Assembly (NCBI GenBank): GCA_014237925.1
Contig: JABACB010000001.1
Coordinates: 32,374-96,373, forward strand
Source of the DNA: Alphaproteobacteria bacterium
Lineage (GTDB): Bacteria; Pseudomonadota; Alphaproteobacteria; JABAAW01
Reading direction: 5' to 3'
Length of the DNA stretch: 64,000 nucleotides
This document shows positions 55,715-64,000 of this stretch, one piece after another (position 1 is the stretch's first letter; the number at the start of each line of letters is the position of its first letter). The translations under genes and the position numbers were made by a program. Below the pieces are notes generated by a model. That model did not search any database, was not told the origin of the DNA, and worked only from the letters and a program-made list of their open reading frames with translations.

Positions 55715-58477
55715 TCAAGCTTTCTGTTTCTCCTTCTCTCTCTTTTTTCGTTCTGCAATTGTAGCCTGCGCTGCTGCTAGCCGCGCGATCGCAACACGAT
55801 ACGGCGAACAAGATACATAATCCAATCCCAACTCCTCGCAAAAAGCAATCGAACGAGGGTCTCCTCCATGCTCGCCACAAATGCCCAACTTCAAAGCCTT
55901 GTTCGAACGCAATCCTCGCTCGACAGCCAACGACATCAAGGCACCAACCCCCGCTCGATCTAAAGTTGTAAACGGATCGTGCGACAAAAATCCCAATCGC
56001 TCGTACTCCTGCAAAAAACTGCCCGCATCGTCACGACTGATACCCCATACCGTCTGCGTCAAGTCGTTCGTGCCAAAACTGAAAAACTCCGCGCTCTTCG
56101 CAATCTCGTCCGCCAACAGCGCCGCGCGAGGCAACTCAACCATCGTGCCGATACGCCAATCCAACGGCTCGAAGGGCTCCGTTCCGCTCGACAGCGCCTC
56201 CTTCTCGCGCCACACCTCCTCCGCCGTGCACCGCACGACCGAACACAGACGGTCGAACTCCGCCTTCGTTGCAATCAACGGCAGCATAATCTCACACACA
56301 GGCAAAACACCACGCTCGCGCGCCAAAAACGCCGCCTCGAAAATCGCACGCGACTGCATCACGCAAATCTCAGGGTAGGTCGCAAGAAGACGCGCCCCTC
56401 GGTGACCCAACATCGGATTGCTCTCCTGCAAGCGAGCCGTGCGCACGCGCGCATCCTCCAACGACAGAGTCAGCGTCGGCGCAAGGCTCTCCACCAGCGC
56501 GCGCAAGCCCTCGTCGTTGTGCGGCAGAAACTCGTGCAGGGGGGGGTCCAACAGGCGAATCGTGACGGGTAAGCCGTCCATCGCCGTGAAAATTCCGACA
56601 AAGTCCTCGCGCTGCATCGGCAAAAGGCGCGCGAGCGCCGCTTCGCGCTCTTCGTGCGATAGCGCGAGAATCATCGCTCGCATCGCCGTGATCCGTTCGC
56701 CGTCGAAGAACATATGCTCGGTTCGACACAAGCCGATACCCTCCGCTCCGAAGGCGCGCGCGAGCGTCGCGTCCTCGGCGGTGTCGGCGTTCGCGCGAAC
56801 GCGCATCCGACGCGCCTCGTCGCACCAGCCCATCAGTCGATGGAAGGTTGCGTCCAGCTCGGGCAGAATCATCGACACCTTGCCGAGATACACCTCGCCC
56901 TTCGCTCCGTCGATCGAGAGGAAGTCGCCTTCGCTCAATGTCGTCTCGCCTACGCTGAGCGTCTTGTTGACGGCATCGATCACGAGATCGCTCGCTCCGC
57001 AGACGCAAGCGCGCCCCATGCCGCGCGCAACAACGGCGGCATGGCTTGTCATGCCGCCGCGCGCAGTGAGAATGCCTTTCGCCGCGTGCATGCCGTGAAT
57101 ATCCTCAGGAGAAGTTTCCAGACGCACCAGCACAACTTCCTGACCGTTGCGCGTGCGCTCTTCCGCCTCGTCGGCGCTGAAGGCGATCTGTCCGCAGGCG
57201 GCGCCTGGCGAGGCGGGCAGTCCGCGCGTCAGAAGCGTCTTCGCTGCTTTCGGATCGAGACGCGCGTGCAGCAACTGGTCTAGCGACTGCGGCTCGATAT
57301 GCAGCAAAGCTTCTTCTTGGCTGATGTGTCCTTCGTCCAGAAGGTCGCAGGCGATCTTGACGGCAGCCTGCGCCGTGCGTTTTCCGGAGCGAGTTTGCAG
57401 CAGGAAGAGCAGACCTTTCTCGACCGTAAACTCGATATCTTGCATGTCGCGGTAGTGGCGTTCCAGGATATCTCGCACTTGCAGCAGCTCTTGGAAGATG
57501 CGCGGGTGGCTTCGCTCCAGCGAGGGGAGGGCAGCGACCGTGTTGTGGCGGCTTGGAATGTTTTTTTGCTGTGAGGGTTCTGAGATGGGTTGTGGTGTTC
57601 GTATTCCTGCGACGACGTCTTCGCCTTGCGCGTTTTCGAGGAACTCGCCGTAGAGGTAGTTTTCGCCGTTTGCGGGGTTTCGTGTAAAGGCGACGCCTGT
57701 CATGCAATCGTTGCCCATGTTTCCAAACGCCATGGCTTGGATGGTGACGGCGGTTCCCCAGCGTTCGGGGATATTGTTAAGTTTGCGGTAGGTTTTCGCG
57801 CGCGGCGAGAGCCAGCTTTGGAAGACGGCTTTGAGGGCTTGTTGCAGTTGGTCGAGCGGGTTTTGGGGGAAGGGGAGGGCTGCCTTTTCCGAGACGAGCG
57901 TTTTGTATTGAGCGATGAGTTGTTGCAGGTGTGTTTCGGAGAGGTCGGTATCGAGGTCGACCTTGTGTTGTCGTTTGAGATCGTCGAGGGTAGATTCGAA
58001 CTGGTAGTGGGGCACATTGAGGACGACATTTCCGAACATGTGGATGAAGCGTCGGTAGGAATCGAGTGCGAAGCGTTTGTTGTTGCTTTCTTGAGCGAGT
58101 CCTTCGAGGGTTTTGTCGTTGAGTCCGAGGTTGAGGACGGTATCCATCATGCCGGGCATGGAGACTCTGGCGCCTGAGCGCACGGAGACGAGGAGGGGGT
58201 TTTTTGTATCGCCGAGTTTTTTGTTGATTTGTGTTTCGAGCGTTGCCAGAGCGGGGGCAAGTTGCGAGACGAGGGATTGGGGGAGGGTGTTTGTTTTGTA
58301 GAATTCTTGGCAAGCTTCTGTTGAGACGATAAACCCTGGCGGCACATTGAGTCCGATCTCTGCCATTTCGCACAGGTTTGCGCCTTTGCCGCCGAGCAGA
58401 TTTCGCATCTCTGCCGAGCCTTCGTTGTGGTTCTTGCCGAAGTGGTAGATCCACTTCGGATCGGGGGAGGAGGACAT
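55715..58477 (-). CDS. ppdK: pyruvate, phosphate dikinase
   Basis: 920 aa with PEP-utilising and ATP-grasp domains, and the catalytic His region GGMTSHAAVVARG. Confidence 0.9.
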   Translation of the reverse strand: MSSSPDPKWIYHFGKNHNEGSAEMRNLLGGKGANLCEMAEIGLNVPPGFIVSTEACQEFYKTNTLPQSLVSQLAPALATLETQINKKLGDTKNPLLVSVRSGARVSMPGMMDTVLNLGLNDKTLEGLAQESNNKRFALDSYRRFIHMFGNVVLNVPHYQFESTLDDLKRQHKVDLDTDLSETHLQQLIAQYKTLVSEKAALPFPQNPLDQLQQALKAVFQSWLSPRAKTYRKLNNIPERWGTAVTIQAMAFGNMGNDCMTGVAFTRNPANGENYLYGEFLENAQGEDVVAGIRTPQPISEPSQQKNIPSRHNTVAALPSLERSHPRIFQELLQVRDILERHYRDMQDIEFTVEKGLLFLLQTRSGKRTAQAAVKIACDLLDEGHISQEEALLHIEPQSLDQLLHARLDPKAAKTLLTRGLPASPGAACGQIAFSADEAEERTRNGQEVVLVRLETSPEDIHGMHAAKGILTARGGMTSHAAVVARGMGRACVCGASDLVIDAVNKTLSVGETTLSEGDFLSIDGAKGEVYLGKVSMILPELDATFHRLMGWCDEARRMRVRANADTAEDATLARAFGAEGIGLCRTEHMFFDGERITAMRAMILALSHEEREAALARLLPMQREDFVGIFTAMDGLPVTIRLLDPPLHEFLPHNDEGLRALVESLAPTLTLSLEDARVRTARLQESNPMLGHRGARLLATYPEICVMQSRAIFEAAFLARERGVLPVCEIMLPLIATKAEFDRLCSVVRCTAEEVWREKEALSSGTEPFEPLDWRIGTMVELPRAALLADEIAKSAEFFSFGTNDLTQTVWGISRDDAGSFLQEYERLGFLSHDPFTTLDRAGVGALMSLAVERGLRSNKALKLGICGEHGGDPRSIAFCEELGLDYVSCSPYRVAIARLAAAQATIAERKKREKEKQKA

Positions 58478-58525
58478 GGCAGGAATGTCGTTTGCGTGTT
58501 GTTAGGGTTGTTATTGTTGTGGTTG

Positions 58526-60730
58526 TTATTGTTGCTTGTTTTTTTGTTGCTTGTCTTTTTGTTGTTTATCTTTGTGATGGATTTTTGTGAAGTCGGCGAG
58601 TTCCAAGAATCGTCGGTAGATGCTGTATAGCAGACGGAGTCGGTTTTGTCGAATGTTTTCGTGCTTGTCTATAACGAGGACATGGTCGAAGAAGGGGTCG
58701 ACGGCATCTTTGAGGCTGCCGAGCGTTTGTAGTTTTTGGGTGAAGGTTAGGTTTTGCCATGCGCTTTCTGCGAGGAGTTGATGCGTGCGGGCGTGTAGAT
58801 TTCTTTCTTCGGTTGCTGAGAAGAGGTCGGGGGAGGGGGGGGAGGTGAAGGAGGAGAAATCATCGGAGTAAGGGCGTAAGATAGCGTGCAAGCGGTAGAA
58901 AATTTCTGCCAAGGGGTTGTTGTTGTCAATTTCTTTTGCCAGTTTTATGGTATGATAATAGATTTGGTGGATATTGCATTCTTGCGCGTTATCGTGCGTT
59001 AATACGGCTTCGATGCAATCGTGCGGTAGTTGTTCGTGGTCTTTGATGAAGACGCGTAGCCTTTCCAGTATGAAACTGACGATTTCCTTCAATAGTAATT
59101 CACGAGACTCTCCGTAAAAAGGACTGTCGTCTACATGCTGTGTGGAGAGAATTTCTAACGTACTTTCAAATACGCCTTTTAGAGGTAGAGATATGTTTTT
59201 CAAAGCAAATATAGTACCAAGGGCGTACCGCCGTAAAGCAAAAGGGTCGCCAGAGCCGGTGGGTTTTTCTCCTACGCTCCAAAGGGAGACAAGGGTGTCG
59301 ATGTTGTCGGCGATGTCGGCGATGTCGGCGGCGTTGGCTATGCCGACGATGGCGCGAGAGATAGAGGCACTGGATTTAAATTTATTGTCTATCAGTTCTC
59401 GGCTAATTGATTTTTGCAAAGAAGGAAACTCTCGGACGGTTTCTGTTGCCAAACCGAAATTCAACTCATCAACTTGCCTTTCAAACAAAGCGGGATCGTA
59501 TTCACTGTCCAGCGCAGGATCGTCGTTGTTGTTTTTTAATGTCTCGACAATAACAGGGATCAATCGCTTGGTGCGTTGGTTTTTATCTGCGATTGTTTTT
59601 AATTTTGGATGGAAAATTATATTTTGTAGTTTATTGATAAATTCCTCTATAGGAGTTTTTTTATCACGTTCCCACATAAATTTTGCGTCCGCCAGCCTTG
59701 CCCTCACCACGCGTTCGAAGCCTTTAATGATATTGTTTTTTTCTTGTTTTTGCTTGATATACGGGATATTCGTGATAATAAAAAATTCACCGTCTCCGCT
59801 TTTAACATTTGAGTCGCGAATCATTTTTTGATGTTCGCTGAGAACCGTGTTGATGAGAAAAGATGGCAAATCGTTAAATTCTTCGTCAAAGTGACCTTTA
59901 AAAACGATAGGATATTCGGTCAAGCATGCGTTTTCTTGTAGCAGACGATATTTTCTAGGAAATTCTGCTTTATAATCGTAGACGGAATTGCCTGCTACAT
60001 TTTCAAAAATTTCATCAAATCTTTTTTGATAGATTGGCTCAACATAGTTTTTACGCAACTTGTCCTCGTAGTCTTGTATGCCCGTAACAACGATAGTGCC
60101 AGATGAAGCAAAAGGATGCCCGCGCGTCTTACGCGTAAAAGATAGATTTTCCTTGTTACCTAATTCTAACGCACCCTTGACACCCTTTCCTGCAAACACC
60201 GCCGTGATATGTCGTAAAGGACGCACCCAACGAAAATTTTGTTTGCCAAAACGCATCCTGACAGGTAATTCTTTCGCCATCCTCCCGATCACCCGCACGA
60301 CCACCTCCTCCAAAAGTTCGCTCAACGAGAGTGCTATGTGTCTTACTGTAAAAGCCCAGTAATCTCCTTTCTTTGCGTCTGCAACACGCCGACACTCCTT
60401 TGTCGTTTTCAATCCGTTCGCTCGCAAGAATCCGTCGATCGCCACTTGTGGAGAATTGACACGCGGCCCTCTGCGCTCCTCCTCCCAAGCCTCGCTTCGC
60501 ACAGGAACATCGGCAATCCCCACCGCAACCCGCCGCGGCGTCCAATAGACACGCCGCTCGCCAAAGGTGTTTTCTGTGTTCTGTAATCCCAACGCCTTCA
60601 CCAGCTCCTCTTGCAAAAACTTCTCTAGTTTGCGAGTCATAGGTTCTTGCAAGTTCCACGGAATTTCTTCGCTGTATAACTCAATGAGAAGTTCTGCGGT
60701 TTCTTTTTTTTCTTCCTTTACCACAGTCAT
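58526..60730 (-). CDS. glyS: glycine--tRNA ligase beta subunit
   Basis: Full-length GlyS homology. Start at the internal MTVVKEE overlapping the glyQ stop (ATGA). The interior 58.9–60.3 kb is strikingly AT-rich. C-terminal [17 protein letters not shown] tail. Confidence 0.85.
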   Translation of the reverse strand: MTVVKEEKKETAELLIELYSEEIPWNLQEPMTRKLEKFLQEELVKALGLQNTENTFGERRVYWTPRRVAVGIADVPVRSEAWEEERRGPRVNSPQVAIDGFLRANGLKTTKECRRVADAKKGDYWAFTVRHIALSLSELLEEVVVRVIGRMAKELPVRMRFGKQNFRWVRPLRHITAVFAGKGVKGALELGNKENLSFTRKTRGHPFASSGTIVVTGIQDYEDKLRKNYVEPIYQKRFDEIFENVAGNSVYDYKAEFPRKYRLLQENACLTEYPIVFKGHFDEEFNDLPSFLINTVLSEHQKMIRDSNVKSGDGEFFIITNIPYIKQKQEKNNIIKGFERVVRARLADAKFMWERDKKTPIEEFINKLQNIIFHPKLKTIADKNQRTKRLIPVIVETLKNNNDDPALDSEYDPALFERQVDELNFGLATETVREFPSLQKSISRELIDNKFKSSASISRAIVGIANAADIADIADNIDTLVSLWSVGEKPTGSGDPFALRRYALGTIFALKNISLPLKGVFESTLEILSTQHVDDSPFYGESRELLLKEIVSFILERLRVFIKDHEQLPHDCIEAVLTHDNAQECNIHQIYYHTIKLAKEIDNNNPLAEIFYRLHAILRPYSDDFSSFTSPPSPDLFSATEERNLHARTHQLLAESAWQNLTFTQKLQTLGSLKDAVDPFFDHVLVIDKHENIRQNRLRLLYSIYRRFLELADFTKIHHKDKQQKDKQQKNKQQ

Positions 60731-61629
60731 GATTCTTCCTCCTTCATCTCGCGCCTCTCTTCTCCCAACCACACCGCGCAGCAGGCATGCGCCATCTGCC
60801 TTACGCGCAAAATATAACTCGGTCGCGCGTTCTGCTGTACCGCTCCCCGTGCATCCATAAGATTAAAGGTATGCGAGGCTTTTAGGCAATAATCGTACGC
60901 AGGCATCGCATCGTATTTATTTCCCTCCCGCGCCGCGTCGCACAAGGCGATACATTGTCGCTCGCATTCGTCAAATTGCTCCTCTAATACCTTCACATCG
61001 GCTTGCTCGAAGTTAAACCTGCCGTAAGACTTTTCCATGCCCTCATACACATCGCCATAAGTCATGGCATCGTTGTATTGCAAGTCAAAGATTCTCTCCT
61101 TGCCTTGCAAATACATCGCAAGCCGCTCCAACCCGTAGGTCAGCTCGGTCGAGACAGGCTCGCAGGCAAACCCGCCCACCTGCTGAAAATAGGTGAACTG
61201 CGAAACCTCCATGCCGTCACACCATACCTCCCATCCCAAGCCCTTCGCGCCCAAGGTGGGGCTCTCCCAGTCGTCCTCGACAAATCGAATGTCGTGGCTC
61301 TCGACCTTGATGCCGATCGCACGCAAGGAATCCAAATACAACTCCTGACTCTTCTCAGGCGAGGGTTTCAACAACACCTGATACTGAAAATAATGCTGCA
61401 AGCGGTTCGGATTCTCGCCGTAGCGACCGTCCGCAGGACGACGGCAGGGTTGTACATACGCCGCCCGCCACGGCTCGCTACCCAGCGACTTCAACGCCGT
61501 TGCCCAGTGGAAAGTGCCTGCGCCTACCTCCATGTCGTAGGGCTGCAAGATGACACAGCCACGCTCAGACCAGTAATCGTGCAGCGTCAAGATCATGCGC
61601 TGAAAGGAGGAGGGGGAGGGGGTCGCCAT
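60727..61629 (-). CDS. glyQ: glycine--tRNA ligase alpha subunit
   Basis: 300 aa, highly conserved GlyQ (MILTLHDYW...[19 protein letters not shown]). Confidence 0.9.
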   Translation of the reverse strand: MATPSPSSFQRMILTLHDYWSERGCVILQPYDMEVGAGTFHWATALKSLGSEPWRAAYVQPCRRPADGRYGENPNRLQHYFQYQVLLKPSPEKSQELYLDSLRAIGIKVESHDIRFVEDDWESPTLGAKGLGWEVWCDGMEVSQFTYFQQVGGFACEPVSTELTYGLERLAMYLQGKERIFDLQYNDAMTYGDVYEGMEKSYGRFNFEQADVKVLEEQFDECERQCIALCDAAREGNKYDAMPAYDYCLKASHTFNLMDARGAVQQNARPSYILRVRQMAHACCAVWLGEERREMKEEES

Positions 61630-61673
61630 AGGGCTTCGATTCTAACGCGCTCTCGGTGGTATGGCAACAAGGG

Positions 61674-61722
61674 CGGGCTGCGGTCGGGCTGCGGTCGGGC
61701 TGCGGTCGGGCTGCGGTCGGTC
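61674..61722. repeat. tandem repeat, 11-bp unit gggctgcggtc x4–5 in the glyQ/carB divergent region
   Basis: Direct reading. Confidence 0.9.
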
Positions 61723-61799
61723 GATGGCGTGCCACAAAAGCCTGTGGACAAGAAGAGATAGAAGATGACACGAGGCTTCGTCTCGGCTAGAGTTTTTGC

Positions 61800-64000
61800 A
61801 TGCCCAAACGCACCGACATCGAGACGATCATGATCATCGGCGCCGGTCCGATCGTCATCGGACAAGCTTGCGAGTTCGACTACTCCGGAACCCAAGCCTG
61901 TCGCGCGCTCAGAGAAGAAGGGTATCGCGTTGTGCTGGTGAACTCGAACCCCGCGACGATCATGACGGATCCCGACATGGCGGACAGAACCTACATCGAA
62001 CCCCTTGTTCCTGAGGTACTCTCGCGCATCATCGCGCACGAGAAACCCTGCGCGCTGCTTGCAACCGTCGGAGGACAGACGGCGCTGAATATCGCCTGCC
62101 GCCTCGACAAGGAAGGAATTCTCGCGCGACACGATGTGCAACTGATCGGCGCCTCGATCAAGTCGATCGAGACGGCGGAAGACCGCTGGCTCTTCAAGAA
62201 GGCGGTCGAAGGAGCAGGGCTCGCCTGTCCGCGCGCCGTGCGCGTCTCGCGCGAAAGCCAGAGCGAGGAAGCCCTAGAAAAGATCGGACTGCCCGCCATC
62301 ATCCGTCCCGACTTCACCCTCGGCGGCAGCGGCGGCAGCATCGCCTACAACAAGCAACAGCTGGCGGAAGGAATCAAAAACGCGCTGCTCGTATCGCCTA
62401 CAACCTCGGCGACGGTCGAAGAATCCGTCATCGGATGGAAAGAGTTCGAAATGGAAGTCGTGCGCGATTGCAAAGACAACGCCATCGTCGTCTGCTCGAT
62501 CGAAAACATCGATCCGATGGGCGTCCACACCGGCGACTCGATCACGGTCGCCCCCGCGCTCACGCTCACCGACAAAGAGCTGCAAGCCATGCGCAACGCA
62601 GCCATCGAAGTGCTTCGCCTCGTCGGCGTCGATACGGGAGGATCGAATGTGCAGTTCGCCGTCCATCCGACCGACGGCAGAATGCTCGTCATCGAAATGA
62701 ACCCGCGCGTCTCACGCTCGTCGGCGCTCGCCTCGAAAGCGACGGGTTTTCCCATCGCCAAGATCGCGGCGAAACTCGCGGTCGGCTACAGCCTCGATGA
62801 GCTCGCCAACGACATGACGCGCACCACCCCTGCCAGCTTCGAGCCTGTGCTGGACTATGTCGTCGTCAAGATTCCGCGTTTCGACTTCGAAAAGTTTCCC
62901 GGCGCCGATCGCACATTGACAACCCACATGAAGTCGGTGGGCGAAGCCATGGCGATCGGACGCTCCTTCGACGAGGCGTTGCAAAAAGCCTTGCGCTCGA
63001 TGGAGACAGACCTGTCAGGCTTGGATCCCGTCATCGCGACGGCGCAACTGACAAAAGAACAGATCCACGAACGATTGGAGGCGGCGCTCGTCCAACCCCG
63101 TCCCGAACGCCTGCTCCTCATCGCTGATGCCTTCCGACACGGCATCAACATCGAACAAGTGGCGGAACTGACCGGTATCGATCGGTGGTTCTTGCGTCGC
63201 CTGCAAGACCTCGTTGTTCAAGAAGCCTCGATCGCAGCGCACGGTCGCAAGCCCCTGCGTCGCGCTACATTGCTTGCGTGGAAACGCCGCGGCTTTTCGG
63301 ACGCACGCATCGCAACGCTCCTGCGGCGCAAGGAAGAGAAGATTCGCAAACGTCGTCATGCGCTGGGCGTTCTTGCCGTGTATCGTCGCATCGACAGCTG
63401 CGCCGCCGAGTTTCCCGTCTGTAGCGCCTATATGTACAGCAGTTACGCGGAGGGAGATTCGCGCATCTGCGAGTCGGAGCCGAGCGACCGCGACAAGGTG
63501 GTGATCTTGGGCGGCGGTCCGAATCGCATCGGACAGGGGATCGAGTTCGACTATTGTTGCGTCCATGCCAGCCTCGCGCTGCGTGCGCAGGGCTATGAGA
63601 CGATCATGGTGAATTGCAACCCTGAGACGGTCTCGACCGATTACGACATCTCGGATCGTCTTTACTTCGAGCCCGTGGGCATCGAAGACGTTTTGGCGCT
63701 GCTCACGCGTGAGCGGACGCGCGGTCATCTTGCGGGTGTTGTTGTCCAATTGGGAGGTCAGACTCCGCTGAAGTTGGCGCGCCTTTTGGAACGCGAGGGC
63801 ATCCCTCTGTTGGGAACGACTTCGGATGCGATCGATTTGGCGGAAGATCGAGCGCGCTTCGGCAAGTTGCTGATGCGCTTGGGCTTGCGGCAGCCGAAGC
63901 ATGGCAGCACGCGCGCGGGTCGCGCTTCGTTGCCGCAGGCGCTGCGCTTGGCGAAAAGGATTGGCTATCCTGTTTTGGTGCGTCCGTCCTATGTGCTGGG
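61800..64000 (+). CDS. carB: carbamoyl-phosphate synthase large subunit (5' partial, continues beyond window)
   Basis: [57 protein letters not shown]. The second ATP-grasp half begins near 63.5 kb. Confidence 0.85.
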   Translation, partial: MPKRTDIETIMIIGAGPIVIGQACEFDYSGTQACRALREEGYRVVLVNSNPATIMTDPDMADRTYIEPLVPEVLSRIIAHEKPCALLATVGGQTALNIACRLDKEGILARHDVQLIGASIKSIETAEDRWLFKKAVEGAGLACPRAVRVSRESQSEEALEKIGLPAIIRPDFTLGGSGGSIAYNKQQLAEGIKNALLVSPTTSATVEESVIGWKEFEMEVVRDCKDNAIVVCSIENIDPMGVHTGDSITVAPALTLTDKELQAMRNAAIEVLRLVGVDTGGSNVQFAVHPTDGRMLVIEMNPRVSRSSALASKATGFPIAKIAAKLAVGYSLDELANDMTRTTPASFEPVLDYVVVKIPRFDFEKFPGADRTLTTHMKSVGEAMAIGRSFDEALQKALRSMETDLSGLDPVIATAQLTKEQIHERLEAALVQPRPERLLLIADAFRHGINIEQVAELTGIDRWFLRRLQDLVVQEASIAAHGRKPLRRATLLAWKRRGFSDARIATLLRRKEEKIRKRRHALGVLAVYRRIDSCAAEFPVCSAYMYSSYAEGDSRICESEPSDRDKVVILGGGPNRIGQGIEFDYCCVHASLALRAQGYETIMVNCNPETVSTDYDISDRLYFEPVGIEDVLALLTRERTRGHLAGVVVQLGGQTPLKLARLLEREGIPLLGTTSDAIDLAEDRARFGKLLMRLGLRQPKHGSTRAGRASLPQALRLAKRIGYPVLVRPSYVL

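Overview
This is a high-GC (roughly 60–65%) chromosomal segment with alphaproteobacterial gene content and order. It is densely packed with housekeeping genes.

Genes I can support from the sequence:
- gloB, a family-4 uracil-DNA glycosylase, an NYN/LabA-like protein, a DUF1013 protein, a HAD 5'-nucleotidase, maf, a UPF0262 protein, hisD and hisG.
- rpsT, an OmpA-like lipoprotein and lpxC.
- A TSUP (TauE/SafE) exporter followed by a TIGR02186 protein.
- The conserved envelope cluster lpxB-lpxI-lpxA-fabZ-lpxD-skp-bamA-rseP-dxr-cdsA-uppS-frr-tsf-rpsB, then pnp-rpsO-truB.
- An mnmC split into two genes, an MFS transporter, a 1276-aa AsmA-family protein and tyrS.
- moeA-moaC-trpC-trpD-trpG, an alpha/beta hydrolase, two tandem cysteine desulfurases plus a 2Fe-2S ferredoxin.
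- An HhH-GPD glycosylase, a divergent phosphohexomutase-like protein, a J-domain membrane protein, glnA, ppdK, glyS-glyQ and the 5' part of carB.

Three things stand out:
1. A roughly 2 kb AT-rich island (about 53.7–55.7 kb) sits between the convergent 3' ends of glnA and ppdK. It carries a Dam/EcoRV-family N6-adenine methyltransferase, translationally coupled to an uncharacterised 245-aa protein. That partner is a candidate type II restriction endonuclease or another defence effector, and is horizontally acquired.
2. Short tandem repeats (11–21 bp units, 2–10 copies) are very abundant. They fill most intergenic gaps and also sit in frame inside many essential genes as low-complexity insertions and tails.
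3. There is a tRNA-like T-arm/acceptor minihelix in an unusually long 590-bp non-coding gap after lpxC. glyS also has a low-GC interior that looks mosaic.

I found no rRNA, complete tRNA, CRISPR array, integrase or transposase.
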